Shown: positions 28,203-38,380 of the stretch, one piece after another
Numbering within the stretch: the stretch's first letter is position 1
Layout: every line of letters begins with the position of its first letter
Source of the DNA: Candidatus Obscuribacterales bacterium
GTDB taxonomy: Bacteria > Cyanobacteriota > Vampirovibrionia > Obscuribacterales > Obscuribacteraceae
DNA: 64,000 bases
NCBI GenBank assembly: GCA_965228855.1
Contig: CBDDIJ010000002.1
Span: 672,001-736,000 of the forward strand
Reading direction: 5' to 3'
Program-made: the position numbers and the translations under genes
The notes under the pieces: model-generated
What the model was told of the DNA's origin: nothing
The model's input: only the letters and a program-made list of their open reading frames with translations
Database searches by the model: none

Positions 28203-29456
28203 ATGAATTACTCTTCCTTATCCTGGGCAGGAATTGAAAACGGAATTCCGCATCCGACTTTAGACACGCAAAACATCAAACACACTCTGCGCGACTTCTT
28301 TGTTGATAACGCGCAAGCCGGTTTGGACATCATCAAGGATCAGGTCAAAAAGACTGTATATAACGATAAGAACTTAGACCTTCCCGAACTCTCGTTCTTC
28401 AAGTCGCCGGAGACAAACAGTTCAGCCAATTCGCCGACCGCACGCCACAGCCAGCTTGATGGTTTTTCAAAGGTTTCGAACAGCGGCGCACGTGACGGCG
28501 GATTTGTTCACGCCGACAATGTTGGCGATAGAACAACCGCGCCGTTAAAGGTCGAAAAAGGATTCGACAAGAAATTCGAAATAACCTCTGACGGCAGAGA
28601 GCGCGAATACACGCTTCACGTGCCGCCCGGCTACGACGGCAAAACGCCCATGCCACTAGTGGTGGTGCTGCACGGACTCTCTCAAGACGCTGATTCGATT
28701 GCAAAACTTTCCGCGATGTCAGAAAAGGCCGACAAAGAAGGTTTCATCGTAGCCTACCCGAATGCCACCAAGTGGCTCGGCGTGAGTTCTCTCCGCGCCT
28801 GGGACGTGGATAACGGAGTACAAATCCCCGGCACTGATTCAAACGACGTCGGCTTCGTGCGTAACATGGTAAACGCGATCAAAGACAACATGGCAGTCGA
28901 TGATAAGCGGGTTTTCGCAGCCGGCTTTTCAAACGGTGGAATGTTGACCTACAAATTAGCTAGCGAAATGTCGGACACATTTTCTGCCGTAGCTGTTGTC
29001 GCAGGCGGATCTGATGGGAAGGAAACAAAACCCAGCAATGACGTTTCGGTAATGGCGATTCACGGAAGCCGCGATCACGTCGTCCCGAAAGACGGCTCGT
29101 GGTTTGGTTCTCGGCTAGTCGATCTAGGAGTTCCAGATTTCCAATCCTTCAAAGATTCATTCAAACACTGGAAAGAATTCATCGGCGTTGAAGAGAAACC
29201 GGACTTCTACAAAGACCAGGATGTCTTCTCGGCTCGCGCGGTAAATCAGAAAACCGGCGCCGAAGTGGTTTCGTACGTTGTTGAAGGCGGCAAACACGAG
29301 TGGCCGGGAAGCGCGAGAGCAATCAAGACGAATCCAAACAGCGCCGAAGCGCGTTTCAATGCGACCGACAAAATCTGGGACTTCTTCAAGGCTCATCCTA
29401 GAAAACAAGACACGAAGCCGCAAGCGCCTCGGTCAGCAGATCCGCTGGTTGCATAG
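28203..29456 (+). CDS. Alpha/beta-hydrolase esterase (PHB depolymerase/LpqC-like)
   Basis: PLVVVLHG, GFIVAYP, GFSNGG nucleophile, IHGSRD, GGKHEWPG. Confidence 0.88.
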   Translation: MNYSSLSWAGIENGIPHPTLDTQNIKHTLRDFFVDNAQAGLDIIKDQVKKTVYNDKNLDLPELSFFKSPETNSSANSPTARHSQLDGFSKVSNSGARDGGFVHADNVGDRTTAPLKVEKGFDKKFEITSDGREREYTLHVPPGYDGKTPMPLVVVLHGLSQDADSIAKLSAMSEKADKEGFIVAYPNATKWLGVSSLRAWDVDNGVQIPGTDSNDVGFVRNMVNAIKDNMAVDDKRVFAAGFSNGGMLTYKLASEMSDTFSAVAVVAGGSDGKETKPSNDVSVMAIHGSRDHVVPKDGSWFGSRLVDLGVPDFQSFKDSFKHWKEFIGVEEKPDFYKDQDVFSARAVNQKTGAEVVSYVVEGGKHEWPGSARAIKTNPNSAEARFNATDKIWDFFKAHPRKQDTKPQAPRSADPLVA

Positions 29457-30067
29457 TTTCACGGCACTCTCTCAAAACAGATATACAAGGCGCACACAGC
29501 TTTGTGATTCATTTTTCGCAGAATAAGTAGTCGCGAAATGTTTTACCACTCACCTCCCGAAACGTTCGCTTCGTAAAGCTTTCGGAAATTACACTACAAC
29601 GGATGAAACAGAATATTCATTACCAGCCACCTCAAAAACACAAACCGCCCGATCCCGAAATGCCGATAAATAAAGGGATTGTTAAAGCTAGCGCGACAGT
29701 CTAGCGCTACCCGCGTCATCGCCTGTCCGGGTGATTTCTGATTGTAATCCGCATGGTTAGCCAAGTTACGAATGCTTTATGAAGCATCGCAATCAATAGC
29801 CCTGGCACGGCTTTCCGCCTGTCCGAACCGACACTCATTTACTTCAAAATTCGTAACCGCAAGGTGGGTAATGGTTGTGACTAGGTGATAGGAACGTGGA
29901 GTCATCATCTCGCAGACACTCATCAGGAAGAAAACGACTCAGCAGCCAGCGGCAAACCAAGAAGAATTCCCGACGTAGCCAAACGTGCTGCGCAGAGTGG
30001 CTTGCTGTTTACACTTCCGTGATTGTCGCGTGATGACATCCATCAACAATTGAAAGAGAGAACACAT

Positions 30068-31384
30068 ATGAAACGAGCAATAACCATGCTCGGAGCCGTC
30101 GCGGCGCTCGCGGTTGGTTTCCTTTTCGCTGCGCCGGCCAATGCGACCCCACCAGTCTGTAACCCATACGTTGTGTCAACTCGACCTACGCAATGGCCCG
30201 CTATCAATGCGACGAGCAGTTATTTCTACAACTGTCAGAGCAATACGGCGAAACGTGATGTCGTTGAAGCTCAGCTTCACGATTTGCCAGCTCACATAAA
30301 ATCCATCTTGCAGACTAGAGGGGCGAAGTTTTATCTGTATGATACGCCCGCAAACGCAAACCAAGATCCTTTGTTTCTGGGAGCGTTTGATGATGGGCAG
30401 TCCGGTTCTACACTCTCGACCGGAACAAACCCCAGGTCCGCGATTGTCACAGAGGTCTCGCACGGTGCAAACCCGTCCGAAGTACTTTCTGACTCAATGC
30501 TGCGAGTTACGACCGCTCATGAAGCTGGCCATCACCTGGATTATATCTGGAGAACAGTCCCGACGCCCAGCGCAGAAGAGCTCACCTTGTCGAAACGATT
30601 CGTCGATTTGTATGCACATGATCTGTTTTTGCTCAACTACACATGGAATGGAGTCACAACTCCCACACCTCGCCCTCCCTGTGGTTTGAGTGGTGTCTTC
30701 TACATGGTCAGAGACCCTCTGGTTAACGGTTTCATCTGCTCGGGCACTAATGGAACAGGAGCAACTGTACAACCAGTATTCCTTGGCCTCACAAACGCCG
30801 AAATTCTCCAAGATGTTTTTCCAGGTAAATTCAGCAGAAAAGATGCGACTGCTTATGTTGAAGGTCTAGTGTCCCCAACTGATTCGTACCAAATTACGTT
30901 CACCAATGCTGATCTGCCTGGGGGATCAGTGCAGGTCTCGTATACGGCCGCACCCGGTGACGATGAAACGGATGTTAGAGACGCACTAATTGCCGAGATT
31001 AATAATCATGTGGACTTGCAAGTCCAAAACATCCATGCTGTCGCTACGTCAGTAAGCTCGTTTAGCGTGATAGCTGACACGGTCAAACTGACATACTTCA
31101 CTCAGAGTTCCAGTTCTACCTCAAGTTTTATCACTCTGAAATCGGGAGAAATTGCCGAATTCTTTTCAGAAAAGGTTGCCATTCGGTGGGCGACACCGCT
31201 AACGCCATATAACACTGGAGATGGACCTTTCACCCGTGAAACTGCCGCTCTGGATAAGTTCCTCCAGTCAACGTTCTCGTGCACAGGAACGTATCTGTCC
31301 AGCTTGATCGCTAATTCGACCGAACCTTCAGTCTACAGTGCATTCTGCATAAACGCTTTGCCAGCGGGATATTCTTTCCCCTAA
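30068..31384 (+). CDS. Secreted putative zinc metallopeptidase (HExxH)
   Basis: Signal peptide MKRAITM...APANA; AHEAGHHLD; distal EFFSE. Confidence 0.7.
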   Translation: MKRAITMLGAVAALAVGFLFAAPANATPPVCNPYVVSTRPTQWPAINATSSYFYNCQSNTAKRDVVEAQLHDLPAHIKSILQTRGAKFYLYDTPANANQDPLFLGAFDDGQSGSTLSTGTNPRSAIVTEVSHGANPSEVLSDSMLRVTTAHEAGHHLDYIWRTVPTPSAEELTLSKRFVDLYAHDLFLLNYTWNGVTTPTPRPPCGLSGVFYMVRDPLVNGFICSGTNGTGATVQPVFLGLTNAEILQDVFPGKFSRKDATAYVEGLVSPTDSYQITFTNADLPGGSVQVSYTAAPGDDETDVRDALIAEINNHVDLQVQNIHAVATSVSSFSVIADTVKLTYFTQSSSSTSSFITLKSGEIAEFFSEKVAIRWATPLTPYNTGDGPFTRETAALDKFLQSTFSCTGTYLSSLIANSTEPSVYSAFCINALPAGYSFP

Positions 31385-32145
31385 TTGGCTGTATTGCCTC
31401 CGGGAGGGATTTCGCCCTCCCGGAGTCTGTACTTTGTCTTGATAATCTTGGCTTGATTCACTATTTGGTCATGTGAAAAAGAGTTAGGAGCACTCAGAAA
31501 TGGAGCCCAGTCCTCATATATCTTTCCTAGCTTCATCAACACAACTTCTTTTTCAGTCCCGAGAGATGCAAGATTACTTACAGATCGCAGCTCTTTCGTT
31601 TTGAAAATTCCCGCGAATGAAAGTGGAACCAAGTGTACAAGCGCATCTCCCCTTAGCTCCGGATTAATTCGACGGAATTCTAACAACGAGTTATCTGAAG
31701 ATATGAATCTGTTTCCTTCAAAAAGGTGAAGAAAAACGTCGTTGGAGGATAGTGGTTTACGCATGCCTGCTTGATACAGAGCCTCCAGGCAGGCAACTTC
31801 GGTCTGTAGATCACCAGACCAACGGTCAATTTTGGGGTTTTTGATAAGACCATTTTGGTCTCTCTCAAATTTAATCCCTAACTCACCGCCTGACTCTGGC
31901 AATTTTTCCAAAGCCAGCAGCATATATACATCCCTCCTGAGAGCAGCATGCTGAGCGCTTTCTCCCCGAGGCTTATGATTTATAAAAGCTTCGTTTTTCG
32001 GAGAAATTTTGGCAGCTTCTGATTGCGCATCAGTTGCCGTTGAATGGGTCGACAAGACAATCACACATATGATTAAAAGTGATAAGTTCTTTGGCATTCT
32101 GTCATCATACTGCGTGTGCTGTAGATTCGGCAGATTATCGATCAT
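31381..32145 (-). CDS. Exported hypothetical protein with TonB-C-like segment
   Basis: Signal-like N-terminus (likely start MPKN); IKFERDQNGLIKNPKIDRWSGDLQTEVACLEAL. Confidence 0.6.
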   Translation of the reverse strand: MIDNLPNLQHTQYDDRMPKNLSLLIICVIVLSTHSTATDAQSEAAKISPKNEAFINHKPRGESAQHAALRRDVYMLLALEKLPESGGELGIKFERDQNGLIKNPKIDRWSGDLQTEVACLEALYQAGMRKPLSSNDVFLHLFEGNRFISSDNSLLEFRRINPELRGDALVHLVPLSFAGIFKTKELRSVSNLASLGTEKEVVLMKLGKIYEDWAPFLSAPNSFSHDQIVNQAKIIKTKYRLREGEIPPGGNTAN

Positions 32146-32422
32146 TCGCCACTATATTTTGGCGCCATTTATACTAGATCTGACAGTAAGTCCCGGAAAT
32201 TGTCTTCTACGTCTATGCCTGTAATTGACGGATGAAAAGCCAAGCGGCTGGAAGTCCCAATACTGCTGCGCTGGCTTCCCATGGGTCTAGAGGAATTCCA
32301 AAGTAGATTTTTACTCCAATGGAAACCACTGTAAATAGCTCACCGACAGAAACCTTTGAAAGCGCCAAAATCACTGGGATTTGGCCTACCCCAAAATATA
32401 AATCAGCGAGCTGTCGCCGAAA

Positions 32423-32489
32423 ACACCTTGAGGCGAAACTCTCGAAAGGGTCGCTTGGTAGCACTTTCGAGAGTTTTACCTCAAAGTGT
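32423..32489. repeat. 26-bp imperfect inverted repeat with 15-nt spacer
   Basis: ACACCTTGAGGCGAAACTCTCGAAAG / CTTTCGAGAGTTTTACCTCAAAGTGT, 3 mismatches. Confidence 0.7.
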
Positions 32490-33284
32490 GAAACATAATT
32501 TTTATTATGCGACGCGCTGAAAAGCCAATGGTTGCCTAATTTTCGTCAAGACTTAAGGCCTCCGGAAACAATATCTTCAGTTCATTCGAACATCAGGGTG
32601 CGACTCTGTAGATGTCGAAGTTCCTGGCACCTGCGGAGGCTTCAATTAGCTGTCAGTGCCGGGCTCTGAGAAGTCCGCGCCGATCTTCCCACTCCTTGTT
32701 CGCGTCAGCGGCTTGATTGACGAAGGCGTCCAAGTTCGCTTTTCGTTTCAAATAGAGCGCGCGCGTTTGACCGTAACCGTAGCTGTCTCTTATCACTATT
32801 TCAACGTCCTCAAATCCTGCCTGCCAACCCCGGGATTGTATCGAAAAGATATCCGAAGAGCATGCGCCTGTCAGCAAAAACGATTTCTTAATCAGATCTA
32901 GCGCGAGCTCTGAAAATTTGTCGTTGTCAATCGCCGCAAGCCTCGAAACGGTCAGAATTCCGAGTTCTAACCCAAATTCTGAAGAAATTGTCTAGGCGGT
33001 TCAATTTCGGCTTGAAAACGCCGTGTGGGCGCCGAAATTGAGAGCGGTTTCAGTTACATAAAGGCGGATTGGTTTGAAACGGCATGGGGCGACTGAATAG
33101 GTTGACGCTGCTTCTTTCATTCAATTGCTATTCAAGGACCAATACCTCTCGGACATTCGTATCACGTAAGCGTTTCCACTCCCAACCTTCCCGGCATTGT
33201 GCACGGAAGACGAGTAACGCTTGCGCCGAGAGTACCTTGATAGCTGGTTCTCCCCCTGTTGTCACCACCGGCAAGGACATATCT

Positions 33285-33890
33285 ATGGCGAACACACGCA
33301 AGAAAAAGAATCCTAACCAAGCGGGTATCAACCTGCTCTTCGCCCTGGGCTCCAGTCTCGCCCTGGCTCTGATTTTGGGACCACTGCTGTTCTCTGACAA
33401 GAGCACCGTGGGCACCCCTGTCATGTCCACCAACGGTTCGATGATTTCCGACACCATCGGTCGCCTCTCTTCGGCGGACTCGTCCAGCCAGAGGATCAGC
33501 GCCGCGCGCTGGCTCTCGACCCAGGCGTCCGCCAATCCGGAAAGCGTAATTCGGTCGCTCGGCGACTCACTTACGAATGATCCGGACCCGGTCGTCAGAG
33601 CGCAAGCAGCTTCGTCGCTCGGCACTCTCGCGCGGACCGCCCGCGAGAAGCCCACTTCGAATGCATCGCAGGAAAAGCTGATCGCTGAAGTCCTTCAGCG
33701 TCAGTACAGCAAGGAAGCGAGCGACTCCGTTCGCCGCTGTATCATCGGCGCCGCCGCCGAGCTCGATATCGACGACGCCAACGGTCTCGTCGAAAAGGGC
33801 ATCTCGGACAATGATCCCTCTGTGAAGGAAGAAGCACTGCGCGCCCGCGTCGAACGGGAGCAGCGAGCTCAGCTGAAGAAGCTGGGTTAA
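33285..33890 (+). CDS. Membrane-anchored HEAT-repeat protein
   Basis: One TM helix, then DPDPVVRAQAASSLG and DPSVKEEAL; AAGGA RBS. Confidence 0.8.
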   Translation: MANTRKKKNPNQAGINLLFALGSSLALALILGPLLFSDKSTVGTPVMSTNGSMISDTIGRLSSADSSSQRISAARWLSTQASANPESVIRSLGDSLTNDPDPVVRAQAASSLGTLARTAREKPTSNASQEKLIAEVLQRQYSKEASDSVRRCIIGAAAELDIDDANGLVEKGISDNDPSVKEEALRARVEREQRAQLKKLG

Positions 33891-33978
33891 CGGACCACAA
33901 GCTTCTTGCGGAGACCGCAGCAATTTAGGCTGCGGAAGACTTACTCGCAGTGAACTCAGAAATCTAAGAGGTACGAAG

Positions 33979-34194
33979 ATGACCTGTAACTTTTGCCAGA
34001 AGATGCCCCTTCCGGCCAGCGCCCGTGCGGGCAATTGCTCCAGCTGCTCTGCCAAGACGCCGACGACCGCTCACACTCTCTGCACGACCTGCGCCAAGGC
34101 GCAGTCGCGCTGCAACCGTTGCGGTCGCAGCATGACTGCCAACCCCATGCTGCAGAACGCGTGCGACACCGACAGCTGCGCCTGCATCTTCTAA
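33979..34194 (+). CDS. Small Cys-rich zinc-binding protein (CRIPT-like spacing)
   Basis: Four CxxC pairs plus three further Cys in 71 aa; AGAGG RBS. Confidence 0.8.
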   Translation: MTCNFCQKMPLPASARAGNCSSCSAKTPTTAHTLCTTCAKAQSRCNRCGRSMTANPMLQNACDTDSCACIF

Positions 34195-34324
34195 GCTGAG
34201 CCGGTACTGCCGAGATAGGTAGTCTGGCACCAACAGTCCATCTTCATGCAGAATATCCAGGCCGCGTGGCGGATGACGGGGCACCGACCCCTCATCCAGC
34301 CACGCGCCTCTTTCCCCGGATCGC

Positions 34325-34749
34325 CTACTATATCCCGGCGTATTAGCAAAATCGAGCAAACCCTGATGCGGTGTTGACTAAGAGCGATAATGCCTACGTT
34401 AGTCTTCACAAAACGCGGGCTTTTGGCTACGCTGCATTGCCGAAATTTGGAGAATCCGTCTATGCACCATAGCCAAGCGGCAGGAAAATTACGAGGTATA
34501 GCCCCAAAGGTCCCATCATTGCTACGTTTCAAGGATAAGGCTTATACTGTCTTTTCTAGTAGCAAAATCAGCGACAGGAAAATTACGAGGTTTAACCCAA
34601 GACACCCATCATTGCTAAGCTTCAGGGACGAAGCTTGTACTGTCTTTTCTAGTAGCAAAATCAGCGGCAGGAAAATTACGAGGTTTAACCCCAAGACACC
34701 CATCATTGCTAAGCTTCAGGGACGAAGCTTGTACTGTCTTTCCTAGTAG
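34325..34749. repeat. Dispersed 54-bp-core element, locus C (core 34423-34476; right arm x3)
   Basis: CTACTATA at 34325; three right arms ending TAGTAG at 34562, 34655 and 34749. Confidence 0.9.
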
Positions 34750-34767
34750 CAGATCGAGAAAGAACGA

Positions 34768-34794
34768 ACCTGGCGGGAGAGTCTCCCGCCAGGT
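34768..34794 (-). terminator. Terminator hairpin after the sigma factor gene
   Basis: Perfect stem ACCTGGCGGGAG / CTCCCGCCAGGT. Confidence 0.7.
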
Positions 34795-34805
34795 CAGAGA
34801 AATCA

Positions 34806-35639
34806 TCAGCGAACCGCCTGAACACCGGCGACGCGGCCGAGCTTCTGCAGCGCCTTCGCCTCGATCTGGCGGATGCGTTCGCGCGTGAGCTTGAACTGCT
34901 GAGCCAGGTCTTCGAGCGTCTGCGGGTCACCGTCGAGACCGAAGCGGCCGGAGACGATGATGCGCTCGCGCTCGTTCAGCACATCGAGAGACGCCCGAAT
35001 CGCCTTGGCGGTGTCGTCGGACTCGAGACGCTCATGGAAACGCTCGAACGAGCCGTCTTCCATGAGATCCCCAAGTTCCGTCTCACCACTCTCGCCGACG
35101 CGAGTGTTGAGCGACACCTCAATGAGCGCATACTCGGAAAGCTCCCGGATGTCCTTGACGCTCACCTTCATGAGCGCGGCCAGACGTTCCTCCGTCGGCG
35201 CTTCCTGGCTGTCGGCAAGCACCCGGAGCGCCTTCTTCAGACCCGCCAGCAGCTTGCGCTTCGTCGCAGGAATGCGAACGGTCGAGCTGTTGTCGCACGC
35301 ATAGTCCTTGATCGCAGCGCGGACCCAGAACCAGGCGTAGGTCGAGAAGCGAGTGCCGGCGGACAGGTCGAACTTCTCCGCGGCGCGAAGCAGTCCGAGA
35401 TTGCCCTCCTGAATCAGGTCGTCGAGCGGCACGCCGTAGCCCAGAAACTTGCGCGCAACCGGCACCACCATCTTCAGGTGAGCGGTGACGAGCTTGTCGC
35501 GTGCACGAGCGCCGGCGGCACCGCCAGACTGCATACGCGTGACCAACTCCTGCTCCTCTTCGCGGGCAAGAAGCGGGGCGGCGTATGCGCTCCGGAGATA
35601 GCCGTCGAGGTACGACGAAAACGGGTCATTCATAGCCAC
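34806..35639 (-). CDS. RNA polymerase sigma-70 factor (RpoD/RpoS-like, no region 1.1)
   Basis: LDDLIQEGNLGLLRAAEKFD, RFSTYAWFW, TRERIRQIEAKALQKL. Confidence 0.92.
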   Translation of the reverse strand: MAMNDPFSSYLDGYLRSAYAAPLLAREEEQELVTRMQSGGAAGARARDKLVTAHLKMVVPVARKFLGYGVPLDDLIQEGNLGLLRAAEKFDLSAGTRFSTYAWFWVRAAIKDYACDNSSTVRIPATKRKLLAGLKKALRVLADSQEAPTEERLAALMKVSVKDIRELSEYALIEVSLNTRVGESGETELGDLMEDGSFERFHERLESDDTAKAIRASLDVLNERERIIVSGRFGLDGDPQTLEDLAQQFKLTRERIRQIEAKALQKLGRVAGVQAVR

Positions 35640-36140
35640 AATTCCTTTCGCAGCAGCGCACCGACCTGAATGAGTCGATACGGAGTTGAAGATTTCGGAA
35701 CCGATGCCTCAAACCGTTCGCCACCACATTCGGTGCCGAACTTTTCCGGAGACAGAGCGCATCATCGAAACCTGACCAACGGACCCAACTGTTTCGCAAT
35801 TCGCAAAAGAAAAACGCGCGATTTAGTTGCAGAACAGAGAATTTAGGTCAGTTGATACCAGGCAACGAGGAATGAAATCGATATCTCCTAAATAACACTT
35901 GAGATCTATATAAAGCACGCTTAACAACTGGATTTACACTTGATTACGTTTCGTACGGCAATCCAAACACTTGCGAGACTCAGCCATTCACGACTTTTCA
36001 AGGCGCAGAAGCAGCACTCACGCAACCTGCGCCAACCCAAGCGGAATCGAGCGTTCGCGCAGTTCGCACAACACAAACATCACTCGCAAATGTTCAGGCT
36101 CTAAACGCCTGTGAGTCAAAATTTCGCCAGAACAGTCCAC

Positions 36141-37337
36141 TTATTGAAGCATTGCCAGCGCAGAAGCGGCGAGCATCGCCGCACCGATTGGGAGCGCGTC
36201 TTCGTTCACATCAAATGTTGCGGTGTGCAAGAAGCGCTCAGAGCCGGGGATTTGCACACCCAGGCAAATAAAGCACGACGGATATTTGTCCGAAAGGAAG
36301 CTGAAGTCCTCGGCACCCATTTTCATCGTAGCCTCGATTATCGCCTCACGGCCGATCATTTCAGTCGCGACTTTCTCGACTATCTCGACGGCTTCCGGAT
36401 GATTTACGACCGCCGGATTCTCGGTAATGTAGTGCAACTCATACGAGCCGCCCATCACCTCCGCGATACGACACGCGTTCTCGAGTTCAGCGCGGACAAC
36501 TTTGTGCGTATCCGCGTGAAAGTAACGCACCGTTCCAGTGAGTTCCACCGAATCGGCGACGATGTTGTTTTTAAACGTATTGCTTCTGATACCACCAATG
36601 GTGACCACTGCCGGGTCCAGGGCCGAAATTCTGCGGGACACGATTGTCTGAATCGCCTGCACAACTTGGCTGGCAACGACAATCGCGTCGACTCCAAGCT
36701 CAGGCCAGGCGGCATGGCAGCCGCGCCCCTGCAACTTTATATTGAAACTGTCACAAGCGGCCAGCAACGGACCAGACTTCAATGCGATCTTGCCGGTTTC
36801 CAATTCAGGAAAAACGTGAAGCGCCACAACTCGCTTGGCGCCTTCGAAGGCGCCGTCGTTGATCATCAAACTAGCACCGCTGAGACCGTCCTTGTTGGTC
36901 GACTCCTCTGCCGGCTGAAATGCGATCCGGATTCGCCCGTTTTTCGGCGGGTCCATGGCAAGCATCTGAGCTGCACCGAGCCCGCATGCGGTATGAACAT
37001 CATGTCCGCAAGCATGCATTACACCTTTGTTCTTCGAACAATACGATTTCTCGTTTGTCTCTTCGATTGGCAGAGCATCCATGTCCGCGCGAATGACGAC
37101 CATGTCGCCCGAGCCTTCGCCGATGTCCACAATAACTCCGGTGCCACCGACGCCTGATTTCGGTTTCAAACCAAACTTTTTCAAAGTCTCGACGACAAAT
37201 TCGGCGGTTTTGTTTTCCTCGAAACTCAGCTCGGGATTGGCGTGAATGTGGCGCCTGTAGCTGAGAAGGTCGTCTTGAATGGCTTTGGCTCGTTCAAGGA
37301 TCGCAGCACTGGAAATCTGTCTGGTCAAACTGGTCAT
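36141..37337 (-). CDS. M20D amidohydrolase
   Basis: HANPELSFEE, RADMDALP, MHACGHDVH, FQPAEE, AEDFS. Confidence 0.92.
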   Translation of the reverse strand: MTSLTRQISSAAILERAKAIQDDLLSYRRHIHANPELSFEENKTAEFVVETLKKFGLKPKSGVGGTGVIVDIGEGSGDMVVIRADMDALPIEETNEKSYCSKNKGVMHACGHDVHTACGLGAAQMLAMDPPKNGRIRIAFQPAEESTNKDGLSGASLMINDGAFEGAKRVVALHVFPELETGKIALKSGPLLAACDSFNIKLQGRGCHAAWPELGVDAIVVASQVVQAIQTIVSRRISALDPAVVTIGGIRSNTFKNNIVADSVELTGTVRYFHADTHKVVRAELENACRIAEVMGGSYELHYITENPAVVNHPEAVEIVEKVATEMIGREAIIEATMKMGAEDFSFLSDKYPSCFICLGVQIPGSERFLHTATFDVNEDALPIGAAMLAASALAMLQ

Positions 37338-37545
37338 GTGTTTTCACCCGCGGAACGGCACGATGCAGTGCCGCTTCATGGCGCTGCAAGTCGCCCATTT
37401 TAAACTTTTGCGCATCACTTGTCACCTCATGCGCTCTAAGGTTCCAAACCGGAGAAAAACGAAGCGCCGCTCCAGCACTCAACCTTGGTCACCCAGGTTG
37501 AATTGAAACGACGCTTCGCTCTCTTCTTCTTTTTAAACTGGCAAT

Positions 37546-37737
37546 CTAACTGGCAACAGGGAGCTCTGCCATCTTGTACGAGGAGGATTTAACGGATTCC
37601 TGCCTCGTCCAGATTCCGGCTGAACTGCTAGCGGGCTCGGCTTTTCGCCGCTCGTATTCCAATCGAACATGAAGGGGGTGTTGTTTCACGTAGTCGGAAA
37701 TTCTAGTAAATGAATCGAACTCAACTTTTGCAATCAT
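37546..37737 (-). CDS. Possible small hypothetical protein
   Basis: 63-aa ORF with GGAG upstream; no motif. Confidence 0.3.
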   Translation of the reverse strand: MIAKVEFDSFTRISDYVKQHPLHVRLEYERRKAEPASSSAGIWTRQESVKSSSYKMAELPVAS

Positions 37738-37876
37738 CTTTGCTCATCTCCGTGGGGTGTTCGAAGCTTGGGCTGTGATGCGATAGTACGATTTCACCGC
37801 CTCTCCGGATATGGAACAAACCGCACAGCATTCTGCGCAAACCCGCAAGGACATGTCTAAAATAGCAAGGACATGT

Positions 37877-38326
37877 CTACTATATTCAAGCGTATTCGCA
37901 AATCCCGGCAAACGCTGACGAAACATGGCTTTTGGACCTACTCACCCGGTCGCCTCGTTCCAAAATCAGCGCTTCGTAACTACTACTATATCCCATCGTA
38001 TTCGCAAATCCCAGCAGATCTAGGCTACATATGACTTTTGGACCTGCACACCCCGTAGCCTCGTTCCAAAATCAGCGATTTGGCTACGCTGGAATGACGG
38101 ATCTGGCGAAAAGTGGCAATCGTACGTAGCCAAATCCAGATCAGGTCAGAGTACCAGATACCCAAAACCCCTGCAGGAAGCCTGCCTTGAGCATAAGGAT
38201 CTCACGACACCTTATAATAGCAAGGATACAGCGTAGCCAAATCCAGATCGAGCCGAGCGCCAGATACCTTAAACCCCTGCGGTGAGCCTGTCTTGAGCAT
38301 AGAGGTATCACGATATTTTATAGTAA
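37877..38326. repeat. Dispersed 54-bp-core element, locus D (core 38080-38133; left arm x2, right arm x2)
   Basis: CTACTATA at 37877 and 37983; right arms end TATAATAG at 38220 and TATAGTAA at 38326. Confidence 0.9.
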
Positions 38327-38340
38327 CAAACTTGGGGAGA

Positions 38341-38368
38341 CAGAGGGTTGGACGGTGCCAACCCTCTG
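38341..38368 (-). terminator. Hairpin downstream of the DUF5134-like/thioredoxin gene
   Basis: CAGAGGGTTGG / CCAACCCTCTG stem. Confidence 0.6.
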
Positions 38369-38380
38369 AGCAAGCAGGTT

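Noticed and set aside
32213..32877. Short ORFs 32213..32464 and 32653..32877
   Set aside because: No convincing start or RBS; possibly gene remnants, but unsupported
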